A DNA stretch of 64,000 bases from Eledone cirrhosa. Its lineage: Eukaryota. Location: contig OZ024751.1 in the NCBI GenBank assembly GCA_964016885.1, positions 34,348,001 through 34,412,000 on the forward strand. The letters run 5' to 3'. Position 1 is the stretch's first letter, and each line of letters begins with the position of its first letter. This document shows, in pieces, positions 14,443-29,052 of this stretch. The translations under genes and the position numbers were made by a program. The notes beneath the pieces are model-generated. The model did no database searches and was not told the origin of the DNA. It saw nothing but the letters and a program-made list of their open reading frames with translations.

Positions 14443-14730
14443 AAATGTTTATCTATATGTGTATATATATATAAAACATCAGTGGAAGAAATACATTAGT
14501 ATATGTGAACGGATGTATTTTGTGTACGTCTTCGTCTTCCCGCCTATATCGAATTTCAATTGTTTCGTCTGTCACTTAAGAGAGGAAATGAAAACAGTGA
14601 AAATATAGAGAGCAAAGATAATAGCAATGGAGAAGCCATTGAATGTGCTGACCATTTTTAAATAGCTGACAAATACACACATATACACAGACATATATAT
14701 GTGTATATATATATATATATAGATATATAT

Positions 14731-14815
14731 ATCTGGACTATATATATATATATATAGTCCAGAATTAGCCGTCGAAACGGCTTGAGCTCAGCTGTCGGGG
14801 TCTTACTGGTTCCTA
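14731..14815 (+). mobile_element. Family A tailless arm with a 9-bp inverted copy of its 5' end
   Basis: TCTGGACTA-(TA)n-TAGTCCAGAATTAGCCGTCGAAACGGCTTGAGCTCAGCTGTCGGGGTCTTACTGGTTCCTAT-(AT)n. Confidence 0.8.
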
Positions 14816-16797
14816 TATATATATATAAATATACGATATTCAACACATATCCATATATATAATCATAATGATACACACATAAAAGTGTATATATATATAT
14901 ATAAAAACATGAGAAGAAAGAAGAATACGGCGTGGTTGCACATGGGTTACATATGATAAAAATAGTCCTTCGTCAGTGATTTTCCAACCATCATTGGTAT
15001 TACATCGCATTAAAAATCATATACCTCAGGTTGGTGCGAGCAATAACTAAAAAAAGTTATTGGGACCAGTAAATCGCGTAAAGCGAGGGGGACAAGTGAA
15101 CAACATAGAAGGATAAAAGCAAGCCAAAGAAAGGAAAAAAAAAAGCAACATGGTTGTCCTGGTCAGCATAAGCTGGATGGATTTCATGAGCGAAAGGTAC
15201 AGACGTCCGACGTGAGTGAGATGTAAACAAGAAGAGACCCACTGTAAGCCAAACGGGAGGAAGTGAGAAGGGGAGAAACAGAGAGTGAGTGAGTGGAAGT
15301 GCGAGGAAGCGGTCAGTCAAGAGAAAGTGTAACTGACAGAGGGGGCGAAAGAAGGTGAGAGAAACAGAGAGAACGGGGAAGCAGTAAGAGAGAAATATAT
15401 ATATATGGGGACATACAAACACACATGTACTGAAATGAACACACATATACACGTATATATGCGTATATGCATCAACATATGCGCATATAAAGACACGCTC
15501 ACGATCTTACAAACGCACACACTCACAACACACACACACACACATAAAATGGTCGCCGGCTCCCATCCATATTGGTATTAATCAAACATGCAGCGACATC
15601 TAGAATGAATGACGTCATCAGCTTTTCATTCTACTGATACAGAAATAGCTTGGATATCAAGAAATACAACGACAATAGTAATATTGATGGTGGTGGTGGT
15701 TATGGTGTTGATAGTAGTGCTGATAATGGTATTGGCGGGATGGTGGTGTGTTGGTGTTGGCGATTGTGTTAGAGGTTATGATAATGGTGATGGTAGGTGA
15801 GATGGTGGTTGGTGATATGGTGAGATGGTGGTTCTTGTTGGTGATGGTGTTGGTGTTAGAAGTTATGATAGTGGTGATGGTGTTGATAATGTTGTTGTTG
15901 TCGTTGCTGAGGCTGTTGATGTTTCTAATGAATGTTGACATAACGTCAAAAGTTAGCAATGGTGACTGGACAAGTACATGCAGTACGGTTTCTTCCCTCT
16001 GCGAACACTTCGGAGTGTCCCACCTGACGACACTTCTATATCAACTGGCAAACCTCCCCGTTACCTCGGTCAAGTCAAGGTTTTCTTGTCGTGATCCATG
16101 GGCTCTGGGCTGAAACTCTTCCGGGAAAGAATGGCAAGTTGGTTTTCGTCGACGCTCTGATTCTCCCAAAGAACTTCATGTCATTTACCCTTTATAGAAC
16201 TCGAAAGTAGAGTGTCCACTAATCGTATTAACAAAGACACATACACATACTCGCACATATAATTTCATGAGCAGACAGATCCAATATTCTTACAGAGAGA
16301 ACACCGGTGGTTGTATACGGAAGAGATCTAACAAAACTGCACAGTTTCAACACAACAGTTATATCAGACAATACAATGTACGTGTACATTTCCGTTTCCT
16401 TCTACATCGTTTATCATTTGTAAAGATACGTTATCATGTAATACCTAACTAAGTAGGACCTATAGTATATACTAATGTCTTAATGACACTTTCTCGGTTG
16501 TTAAAGACGAAGAAACGATTACGCAAGATCTGATTGTATGATTAACAAGAAGCAAAATTGAGTAGTTACGTTAACGCCAGATATAAGTTAGTTTATTATT
16601 ATTCCCAACATTAAAATCTTGTTCTCTAGTGAGAGAGAGAGAGAAGTAAGATGAAGAGGAAGGTAAGATGAAGGAGAAAAGAAGGAGGAGGGTGGTGATA
16701 AATGAGTAAATAATGTTTGAGAACACAGCGAGAAGTATTCTATAACTCCATTTATATGAAGCGTAAACGCATTATGTATATATTATATATATGTATA

Positions 16798-16840
<43 letters not shown>

Positions 16841-17531
16841 TGTGTGTGTACGCCTATATTATACATGTATGTACATATTTATATATTTATGTATGATTAC
16901 CAAATGTTATCTGTGTCGATGCTAAAATTCCGGTAATATAAAATTGCTTTCCCGTTCTCCAATTCACGTAAATTATATAAATTCCATCTAATGTTTACAA
17001 TTGTGCTCTCAGACATATCTTACTTTTTACAGTTCAAATTCAGGAAAGGCTTGGACCAATACTTTAGTTATCTATTGTAAAAGAAATGAAGAGCGTACAT
17101 GACCAAGGTGGTATAGGATCTCAGAGCACAGGGAGCCGGAACAAATATCGAGGCATTTAATCCGGCAATATAATGACTGTGCCAATTCATATATTAACGG
17201 GAAACCAGAATATATTATGATTTTCATGGAACCAATTTATTGGACGGAGACTTGTACATCCTAAAGAGACAATAATAATGTTTGCCATAAAAGTGATTCT
17301 AATTTCGGTTAATGTACAATTCCTCGTGACTGTGGTTGACATTATGATGTAAGTTCATGTAGTTTACATTTAGGAATGGGTTTTTAGTACTGAGTACACG
17401 AAATTTCAGTTGCGAAGCTAAGTACTGAATTTTTGTTTAATGACACCATGAGGTCGCCTTAATTGCTTTTATATTTAACAACCAGTTATATGTCTTTAAA
17501 ATATTACAACTAACTTTTTATATCTTTCCAG

Positions 17532-17661
17532 ATGCACACAGAGGAATGTAATCTTCATTTATTTGTATTCCATCTGGTGCGATATAGTAGTACTGGTATT
17601 TCTGACTGAAGTAAATTCTTCTCAACGAAAAGTGGACTTTTTATTACGTACAATAAATAAG
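17532..17661 (+). CDS. Candidate 130-nt internal exon (coding or UTR), product unknown
   Basis: Branch-point-like ACTAAC at 17509-17514, polypyrimidine tract and CAG acceptor at 17529-17531, donor AAG|GTAAGA at 17662; the frame from 17533 is open (CTQRNVIFIYLYSIWCDIVVLVFLTEVNSSQRKVDFLLRTINK). Confidence 0.35.
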
Positions 17662-18081
17662 GTAAGAAGTTGTAGTAATATATAATAATTTGTGTATATA
17701 GAGACATATCTGGTCATTGTGAGTTTAAGTTCAACAGAGAATCGCTTCTGTATTGCGTCCCTTTGGCCATGTGTTATGAAGTAAATATACATATTGTTTA
17801 TTGTATATTCTTATAAAGAAACTGCGTAATAGGACGGATACAGTTTGAAACCAGCCCTTATACCTTATACAGGTATTTAGAGTTGGGTTTACGGAGGTTG
17901 AGTCAGGAAATATGGATGATGTTTGAAGTAGGAATTATAGATGATGTCTTTGATCTAGTAGAGATATTTATTTGTCATTAGTTTTGTTTTAATGACAGTG
18001 TTAGTTACAAGTTTGTCATTCAATGGACTTATCCATTGGCTGTTTTGTATATTGTTGGCTTTGCTTTCAGAATGTATTATT

Positions 18082-18186
18082 TGCCGAGGTTGACTTTGCC
18101 TTTCATCCTTACGGCGTTGATAAAATAAAGTACCAGTAAGGCACTGGGTAATTGCTGGCCTTGTGCCTAAAGTAGAAACAATTATT
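18082..18186 (+). mobile_element. 5'-truncated SINE, same family as 11350-11539
   Basis: GCCGAGGTTGACTTTGCCTTTCATCCTTACGGCGTTGATAAAATAAAGTACCAG...GGCCTTGTGCCTAAAGTAGAAACAATT aligns by eye with 11437-11539. Confidence 0.75.
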
Positions 18187-18647
18187 TAGGGACATTTAGT
18201 GATTACTTTGCATTTTGTTCCAGGTGTATCTACGTTGAGATTTATGTATTTGGCCGTCCTATTTGCTTATTTACTGATAAAGTCATGAATGCCACGACAT
18301 CACGTTTTACTACAATTTCCAATCTATACAGATGTATCAAGTAGATATAACGAAGTAGAATTTTATTCACTAATATATTTTATTTATTTATACACACACG
18401 TACACAATATACACACACGTACAAACAATGATAATTGCATATATATATGTTGATAGACACATACAGACGAACATACATATATATATATATATATATACAC
18501 GTACACAAAAAGTTATAAAAATTATATGTACTTTTTGTGTGGGTAGGTGTGTGTATGTGTGTAGATACATGGATTTCTCGGCAAGGGGCCAATGTTGCCG
18601 AAATAATTCAAAATGTTTAATAAGCTTAACACAACAAAAAGACCCGC

Positions 18648-18691
<44 letters not shown>

Positions 18692-18739
18692 ACGCACGCA
18701 CATGTTTATCGATATCTGAATATCAGGTGATAAATGGTG

Positions 18740-18795
<56 letters not shown>

Positions 18796-19055
18796 TACAG
18801 AGAGAGAGAGAGCGAAATTGAGAGATACATACCTAGATCTATACATGTACAGGTCTATATGAACATGTATGTTAATGTTCGATCTCAAGTGGTTCCAATA
18901 TTGAATTTAGTAAGCAATTTAATATGTAAATATACACATATTGATTTTCTGAAATAAGTTTGTTACAGAATTGCATGTATGACATGTGAGATTGTAGTGG
19001 TAGTTGTAGTGGTAGTGGTGTGAGGTAGCTGGAGAAACTAGCGTGTATGTATGTT

Positions 19056-19095
<40 letters not shown>

Positions 19096-19466
19096 CGTAT
19101 GTTATATATATATATGTATATATATGTGCGTGGGTTATATATATATGTGTGTGTATGTGCGTGTTATATATATATACATATATATATGTGCGTGTTATAT
19201 GTATATATATATATATATGTGCGTGTGTTATATATATATGCGTGTTATATATACATATATATATATATATATGTGTGTGCGTGTTATATATATGTATATA
19301 TATATATGTGCGTGTTATATATATATATATATAACACGCACACACACATATATATACATATATGTATATATAACACGCACACACACAAATATATATATAT
19401 ATATATATATATGCGTGTGTTATATATATGTGCATGTTATATATATATATATGTGTGTGTGCGTGT

Positions 19467-19507
<41 letters not shown>

Positions 19508-19630
19508 AATATATACATATATGAGTATGTGTTGTATATATATATATACATATATCCGTACTTATATATATATGTGTGTGTGTTATATATACATATATGT
19601 TTATGTGTTGTATATCTACATATGTCTGTA

Positions 19631-19700
<70 letters not shown>

Positions 19701-20400
19701 GTATAAACAGAGAGATATGTTCATATATATATAGAGAGTAGAGATATAGTGTATATATATACATGAATCAAAACATATAGAGAAACCTAGCAACGTAGAT
19801 ATTTAGTCTGTTCCTTATCACAGCTGGTTACCAAAATATCACTAACATCACACAATAAATATGTTTACACACATTGACACTATAATTAATGTTTAATTAA
19901 ATTTGCTCGTCAATTTACCAGATTTTAATTGCAACGTTCCATCAAACCAAATTGCTGGGGTAGATCTTTGGAGTATCGATAAGCAGTCTGGCCCATTACT
20001 TTTGATCCACTGTATTGTGTGTGTGTGTACCTACATATATATGTATGTGTGTATATATACCTACATATATATGTATGTGTGTATATATATATATATATAT
20101 GTGTGTGTCTGTACCTACATATATATGTATGTGTGTATATATACATGTATGTGTGTATATATACCTACATATATATATGTATGTGTGTAAATATATATAT
20201 ATATATGTGTGTCTGTACTTACATATATATGTATGTGTGTAAATATACATATATTTGTGTATGTGTGTTTTATATACCTACATATATATGTATGTGTGTA
20301 TATATATATGTGTGTGTGTGAGTCTGTACCTACATATATATGTATGTGTGTATATATATATATGTGTGTGTGTCTGTACCTATATATATATGTATGTGTG

Positions 20401-20431
<31 letters not shown>

Positions 20432-21727
20432 CTGTACCTACATATATATGTATGTGTGTGTGTGTGACTGTGTGTGTATCAATATGTTACACTATAAACG
20501 TCTGATGTTATGGCAGTCCTCACATAATGTGTTCTCAAATACTGCATAAGTACACATACACACTCTCACACACACACACAGGCCACCCTAACAGAGAGGC
20601 AGCATGTAACCTGGAGCATGAACTGTGTCCTTCTATTTCCTCTGATCCCGAACCTCGAAGGTGGTCACACCATTCAGTAGTCTGTTGAAGTGCTGATGTT
20701 GAAGACTTCACAGGTCACACAGACACATGCTACACCAACCTCGTGCTAACAGCTTCTCAGTTCGGGTCACTCTCTATAATGTTGGTCTCTCTTAATTGGC
20801 TGTCAAAATCGATGCCTACTATTACACACTTTCTAGTTCGATCTCTGCTTTGATGAAAACAATCTTCTTTCTCTCTCTCCCTGAGCCTATGACCCTCGGT
20901 AAAGAATCAGTCCTGGGTACTGCACTAACTCTAAAGTTAATTATTAACTTTCCAATTGTTAGTATTTTGTGTTAACTTCTCTGACAACATAATTAGAAGA
21001 ATCACAGAATAACATTGAAGAACCAATAAACTAAACATATTACATACTGACACACATACATACATACATACACATAGACACACACACATATACACAGACA
21101 TATACATGTAGATACACAGACACACATACACACGTATACACAAATACAGCTCCACACAGAAATACACTCCTTCACCACGCAGAAACACACAGACACACAT
21201 ATACATACAGTGACACATGCATACACGCATAAACACAGATACACACATTAAAGAAATATGTGGGAAGATATGTTACTTAAAGTTGTTACTTTTAAACTGA
21301 AAACGGAGTTAAATAGAACAGATAAGGTATTAGTAATGTTGAAAATTTGATCAGCTCGGTTATTGAGTTAAAAAATAATAAGATTCTCTGAATACTAAGG
21401 TAAGAAGAAAGCTAGGAAAACAAGGACAATGTTAAACGTATTTCAAACAGCCTAGATAAAAAGGATTAGACAAATGTAGAATACAGAACAGAGAGTGACT
21501 GTATTTAGGATATTATTAAGGACAAACTACTGCACGACTAGAAAAGAATAGTGGGGAATATATACACATTGCTATAAAACATACAGACATTGCTGTGTTT
21601 TATCATCAAGGAAGGCAAAGGCTAAAACCGTAGATACAGTAACAGAGAATACAAGAACTAAAATTACAGAAACTTGTTGAGAAACTAATATGAATATAAA
21701 ATAACATAACTATATTTGATTATAGTA

Positions 21728-21924
21728 TTTTCTGATTGAGGCACAAGGCCAACGATTTGAGGGGACGGGGAAGTGTGTGACTGGTACTTTATTTTATCAA
21801 CCCCCTAACGATGAAAAACAGAACTAACCCCGGCGGGATTTTAACAAAGAACGTAAAGGGCCATAAACTCTAAGCTGCAAAGCATGTTGTCCGATGCTCT
21901 ACCGATTCTACTACTCCACCGCCC
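21728..21924 (-). mobile_element. tRNA-head SINE
   Basis: Reverse complement starts GGGCGGTGGAGTAGTAGAATCGG and contains GATAAAATAAAGTACCAGTC and GGCCTTGTGCC. Confidence 0.7.
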
Positions 21925-22264
21925 TAATAATAATAATAATAATAATAATAATGATAATAATAATAATAAGAGTATTGACAGGACTCTTATGCTTTGATCA
22001 ATGCTAATAGTTAGAAGTGAAAATGATTTCTTCCTCTTTGTCATCCGGGTTCTCTATGACCCAGTCTTTATCTTCTCAAATCACTCTCTTTCAGTCTCTT
22101 CCACATCTCTCTCTCTCTCTCTCCCTCTCATGTCTCTCTCATGTCTCTCTCATTCTCTTGATCAGTCTTTTATTTACTTGATAAATTCTTTGATACGAGA
22201 TCAATAGACAATTAAAAAATGAACAGAAGTAGACACAAATTGTTCTCCCCCCCCCCATCTCTTT

Positions 22265-22296
<32 letters not shown>

Positions 22297-22691
22297 GTAT
22301 GTGTGTATGTGTGGGTATCTATATATATATATATATATATGTCTGTGTGTATGTGTGGGTATCTATATATATATATATGTGTAAGTACAATAAAATGAAC
22401 AGGAAGAACAGAAGATATAACAGGTGTACGATAATACGCCCTAAGACAAGTATGTATATATATGAACATGTATATGTATATAACTATGTATACATATGTA
22501 TGTATGTGTATCCACACATACACATCTTTACCATATGACGATGTTTAAATGAAGAGACAAAACACCTGTCTTTTTTACAACTAATTAAAATAATCAAAGA
22601 AATTTCTCGATGCTCTTCAACAACAACAACAGCAATATGAAGTTTGAAGACTCACCTGCTCTATCGCAGCCATTCTCTCTCTCTCTTTCTC

Positions 22692-22753
<62 letters not shown>

Positions 22754-22888
22754 ACTCTCTCTCTGTCTCTCTCACATTTAATCACATATATTTACGAGTC
22801 ATAGACACACTCATCTAAAAGTGTAGATACACATACGAACGAATTCTGTGCTCATACACACACACACACACACACACACATATGTATG

Positions 22889-23044
<156 letters not shown>

Positions 23045-24163
23045 TATCCATGTCTATATACGTATATATATATATATATATATAAAGTATTTATGTCTAT
23101 AACATACATTCAAGTGATGCAATATCTCTTTTAATATAAAATGAATCATCAGAGATAAATTCTAGAACAGTTTTAGTTTAGTTCTGAATAAATCATAATA
23201 TACTAATGACTTTTTAAGATAAATAGACATATATACAGATACAGAAATACACTGACACACCGACACAGAGACACTCATACACAAGTGCAGACATAGACAC
23301 ATACTTACACACAGTCACACATTCACAAACACATACATGCAGACACCCGCACATACAGACCCACACAGACGACGCAGGCATACACATACAGATACGCAAG
23401 CACACACACATAGCTACACACACAGAGAACCATTCACTTACAGTCACAAAGACACAGACACATACGCATAGATACACACAGAGTGAACCATACAGACATA
23501 GTCACAGAGGCAGACACACACAGAGTAGAGATTTGTCTAATTTATTGACGGTTATATCTTATTGTGTTGTTTCTTGAATGAAATATGAAGGTTGAGAGAA
23601 ATTGTGTAGTTTAAGTTGTGGAGATATGGTGCGAGACCAACCAATTCCGTGGAACATAGGCCGTTTAATAAATTCTAGAAAATGTAGAGAGACGAGAGCA
23701 CATGTTATGGGACAGGAGGCTGTAATTTCCCGGTTAGTGACTTCATTCAATTAGTGTTTCTATGGATGCAGTTGGCAAACTACAAGACAGAAATTGAAAA
23801 GGGAATCATAAGATGTTTTCATAAAAAAGCCATATTAAGTCACTTAAACACCAAAAACAATTCTGTTACTAGGTTTGACTACATTGCCACCTGGTGAGCA
23901 ATTTTATATACAGAACACTGATGCAATGCGACTGCAATAAACATCCTTGCCAGGGTCGAAACCGCACAGTCTGGGTGGTTGAGATGTAAGTTGTGTGTTG
24001 AAGGTGTTGAATTTATTTTTTGCTCTTACATGTTATATTTAGATATGGTCGCTTCACGACCGTATCCTAATCACAACGCTCTCATTTCTGTCTTTACACT
24101 TGATATTATTGAGTATGTTTTGTGAGCCACAAGATCGATGACTCTATGTATCGACCTGTAAAT

Positions 24164-24216
<53 letters not shown>

Positions 24217-24909
24217 CCTGCAGTACAAATTACAATGACACTCAAATTAACTATCATCTATATGTGTATGTTCGTAGGTGTGAGTGTGTATGTATTAATG
24301 TATGTATGTGTATGTACGTAGGGGTGTGTGTGTGTATGTATTAATGTATGTGTGTGTATGTCGTTAATGAGAGTGGTTTGAACGTATGTAGACGTATACT
24401 TATTTAATTCCAAATATCGCTAACGCAATAATGAATACACACACACACACAGATATAGAAACTCACATACAAATATCAACACACATTTATATACGTACAC
24501 ATACGCATGAATATATTTATTTATCTATGTATCTATCTATATATGAATATATATATATAAATATATATATACACACACATTTTCATGAATACATCCACTT
24601 AGAGGCCAATAGACAGTCAGACATCCATCCTGACTAGAAGTACAAAGTGGGTTGACACTTTATTCCGCCTGCTGGAATTTGCAGAGAAATGAGAATAAGA
24701 CAATGTGATTGGGGTCATATTATGTATCGATCAGAGTCATTGATACACCATTGATTGCATCTAATCAATTACTTACTATAAATGAAGAAGTATATAACAC
24801 TTTAATTAAAAATATTTCCTCTCCCGCCTCTTTATACACACGCAAACACACCCGCCTTCGCCATATATATATGTGTGTATACATATATATATATGTGTGT
24901 GTGTGTGTG

Positions 24910-24962
<53 letters not shown>

Positions 24963-26004
24963 GCCTAATATTTCAGTTATTTTATTCTCATATTCTTTTG
25001 TTGGATCTCGCCAGTGGATTGTAGTTATACTGATTCATACACAGTTATTATTTCAAAGCTCATGTCTTCCCCCCCCCCCCTCCCTCTCTCTCACATACAC
25101 ACACTCACACTATTCCTCACCATCTACTTTGCTATTCTTTATATTCTCTAAGACGTATAAAGAGAACCAAATGTTTAACATTTCAAATGAGAGACAAATA
25201 GAAATAACTGACGTTATGTTATGCACCCAAAATCAACTTAATATTGAAGCTATTCGTTATATCAATTAGAAAGATTCTTCAAAATTCTTCATGATTTTTA
25301 ATAAAAGGTAATGCCATCCATTAGGTGTATCGTAACGAAAATGGTAAAGTATATATATATATATACTTTTAAATGTCCTGCATAATATTATATAGTAACC
25401 TGTGTTTCGTTATGTCCCAAACACCAGTTTAATGATGGCAATGATAAAATTATTTATATTATCAAATCACTCAAAATACTTGATTATTTTCACAATGATT
25501 TGCAAATAATTGGCAAAAGATTTCCTTGGAAATATTGTAAGATAACTGTTTTTAAGTTTCATTTCTTAAGTATGTTTCTCAACTATATCCGATTCTATTG
25601 AGTGGTACAAGAACTGCAAAAACCTATGGTTTATGGTAATTTGAAATTGAAAGTTATAAGTAAACAACAAAAGAAATCGTTTGTGATTATATTTTGCACT
25701 AAAAACTTATAAAAGATTTATAACTGCGAAATCTCTGTCTATTCAGCATTGTTGCGTGATCCGAACTCTACAATTGGCTAAACTTCCAGTTTATAATCGA
25801 TACAAGCAAATATTATATAGATTTATTTTTTAGCTAGAGATTATTCAGTGCAAAGAAAATTATAAAATGTAAATATCTGTATTTAAAAATAAATGTAGTT
25901 TTCTATATTTAAACTATATTTATTTATCATTTCCAATATGGCCAAGTAAGATAAACATATTTGTTATCGTTTATTGATGACACGGGTACAATAGTAATAT
26001 TTAT

Positions 26005-26445
26005 AATTTATAACTTCGGCAAACGGCCATGAAATTGCGTGTTGATTTAATTGATGTGCAGTACTTTGATATTAAATTCATCGATTTCTGGGGAAGGAGG
26101 AGATACGAAGTAGATAAGAGCAGGGACTGAACTCAGACCACCACCTAGTCTTACTAAATACCACAAACCATATTGTAGAACGTTTTATCGATTCTACCAT
26201 CCACCCCACCAACATTCAAAGTGTTATGTAAATAATGGTAATAGTTCTTGGCTCAGGACCGGCAACTTAAGGGACAGGGAAAAGTCAATTACTTTGATCC
26301 TTCTACTTGATTTATACTTTGTGTTATCTACCCTGGAAGGATAAAAAGCAAACCTGACCTCGGTGGGATTTGAAATCAGAAGTTAAAGAGCCGAAATGAA
26401 TACAGCAGTTATTATTTACACCATCCTAGTGGCTCTTGAAATTCG
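26005..26445 (-). mobile_element. Two degenerate SINE copies in tandem
   Basis: Plus-strand motifs CCTGACCTCGGTGGGATTTGAA (26354-26375) and ACTGAACTCAG...CGATTCTACCATCCACC are decayed reverse complements of the SINE head and core. Confidence 0.45.
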
Positions 26446-26720
26446 GTAAAAAAAAGGAAAATATACACCTAGAGGCATTTAACCCCAAAGTTTAATTGGT
26501 ATTTATTTTATGCTAAGAGGAAAAACAAAATAGACTCCCACGTATATTGAACTGAAGACACTTGGCCACCATTTTCTGACCGAAGCGTATTTTACCCGAT
26601 TTTCTAAAACGATTAAAATTTACAGAGATTTCGACGTTTGGATTCCAAGTGTTTTTCCTGTTTATTCTTGAACTACACACAACACACGCACACACACACA
26701 ACACAGCATATGCACACACA

Positions 26721-26771
<51 letters not shown>

Positions 26772-27074
26772 TTATATGTGGTGCCTGTTTATAATCGTTT
26801 ATTTTTTCAATAGTTTACTCAAAGATACACAAAATTTTCTCTAAATACATTTTAAGCTGACATAGAATTCTGAAGAAGCGACACACTAATTTATAGTAAA
26901 AATAAATAAATAGTTAGATAACAAATGAAACGTGTGTGTGTTTGTGTGTGTATGTGTGTGTGTGTGTGTGTGTGTGTAAGGTATATATTCCATTGAAATG
27001 AGGGAAATCTTACATATTGATTATTTTTAATCAAAAAGAGAAAAAAATGTATTATTCTATAAAGGAAATATTGA

Positions 27075-27265
27075 TTTCGAGGATAGAATGGAATGGTATG
27101 ACATGGTGAGGTAATGTGAGGTGTGGTGTGGTGTGGTATGGTGTGGTGTGGTGTGGTGTGGTGTGTTATGGTATGGTATGGTGTGGTGTCGTATGGTGTG
27201 GTGTGAGATTGTACGTATGGTATAGTGTGATATTGCATAGTATGGTATAGTGTGGTATTATATAG
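27075..27265. repeat. (GTGTG/GTATG)n pentanucleotide simple repeat
   Basis: Directly visible. Confidence 0.85.
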
Positions 27266-27700
27266 TATTCGGAGGGATAAGATTTTGGGGGGAGGTAGTG
27301 ATAAATATATTTTGAAGATATATACTTACGACTGTATACCAAATCTATTTGTCAATCGATATCAATATTTATACAAGGATGTATGATGATTATGTATATA
27401 TATATATATCGATAGATATTTTTTTCATAAGCATATGTGTTATGTATACATTACAAATATATATATATATATGTATATATACATTTGTGTGTATATACAT
27501 ATACATACATATGTATATATATATATATATGTATGTGTGTTTATATATATATATGGGTGAGTATGTGTGTACACGTAATTGATTGTGTCTGAGAGTGTTT
27601 ATACGTAAACGCCAATCGATTTGCATGACATTTTATAATTAACTCCATAAGAGTATCGAACGAAAACATTCGATTATTACTGCGACGTTCTTTCTCGGTG

Positions 27701-27818
<118 letters not shown>

Positions 27819-28082
27819 GATAGATAGATATATACATATATAGATATAGATATATCATTGCTACACACACCTGCGCACATTTATCTGTATATATGAATAC
27901 ATATATATATATATGTGTGTGTCTGTGTGTATGTATGATCTATATATGTATGTATATATATACACACACAGACACACACACGTATATATATATATAAATA
28001 TATACATATATGAAATATATAAACAGACTCTTTAAAGATAAAGATGGCGTAGAAAATACAATGCAACGGGAGGAAACAATAG

Positions 28083-28126
28083 CACCACTGACGATGTTGC
28101 AGATGTGCAACGAAAGAACTTTGATA
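28083..28126 (+). ncRNA. Minimal type I hammerhead ribozyme motif (PLE-type), slightly decayed
   Basis: CTGACGA (28088-28094), T, stem II GTTGCA-GATG-TGCAAC (6 perfect bp), GAAA (28112-28115), short stem III AG-AA-CT, CUU triplet; stem I ACCA/TGAT has one mismatch. Confidence 0.6.
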
Positions 28127-28394
28127 AACTATATATATGTGTTTGTGTCTATATTGTATCTGTATTATTTTTGACCGTTGGTCAGTCAATGGCAACATTG
28201 AGGACCGAATAAATTAGATTACCGATATAAAAGACACAGAAGCGAAAAGCGAAAACCAACCAAACAGTGAGTGTGTTCTGTTATTAATTCTGGCAATATT
28301 ACACACATATGACCCTCCCCAAGTATAACAATATATATATATTTATATATGTATACATATATATATTTATGCATATATATATATATATATTTAT

Positions 28395-28447
<53 letters not shown>

Positions 28448-28457
28448 ATAATACACA

Positions 28458-28546
<89 letters not shown>

Positions 28547-28675
28547 GTGGGGTTTTTTTTACAAAATGAAAAATAACCGAGGTGTCCTACACGAGTTAAA
28601 GTATAAAGAAAAAAAGATGAAATCGAAAATGCAACTGGAGTCTTATTTTTTTTAAAATATATATATTTATTTGGT

Positions 28676-28716
28676 TCCTTTACCGGTTTCGCAGTTCCTC
28701 TGCTTTTCAAAAGTAG
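28676..28716 (-). ncRNA. Decayed minimal hammerhead motif (PLE-type)
   Basis: Minus strand CTT-TTGAAAA-GCAG-AGGAA-CTGC-GAAACCGGTA-AAG followed by AATAAA; the core is two transitions from CTGAAGA; palindromic ACCGGT stem III. Confidence 0.55.
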
Positions 28717-28776
28717 AGTTGAGATGGAGGGTCTGTGGTTTTTCTCACATATATATATATATATATATATTTATAC

Positions 28777-28985
28777 ATAGGATAAAAGTATGACCCCGAC
28801 GGCAGAGCTCAAGCCGTTTCGACGGCTATTTCTGGACTGAAATAGCCGTCCAGAAATAGCCGTCGAAACGTCTTGAGCTCTGCCGTCGGGGTCAAACTCT
28901 TTCCTATTTCCCACTCTACTACCCTAAGTATTGAGTACTTTGGTGCGTTATGGTCCATTTGGTTCCTTGCCACAATTCCTTTGTT
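28777..28985 (+). mobile_element. Family A hairpin-plus-tail insert
   Basis: Arms 28777-28837 and 28848-28907; the junction has a short duplicated GAAATAGCCGTC; tail to 28985; TA-rich flanks. Confidence 0.8.
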
Positions 28986-29052
28986 ATATTTATACATATA
29001 TATATATCAAGTAAGTATGTTTTGAAACAGTGAGCAGGTTTGAAATTAGAAA

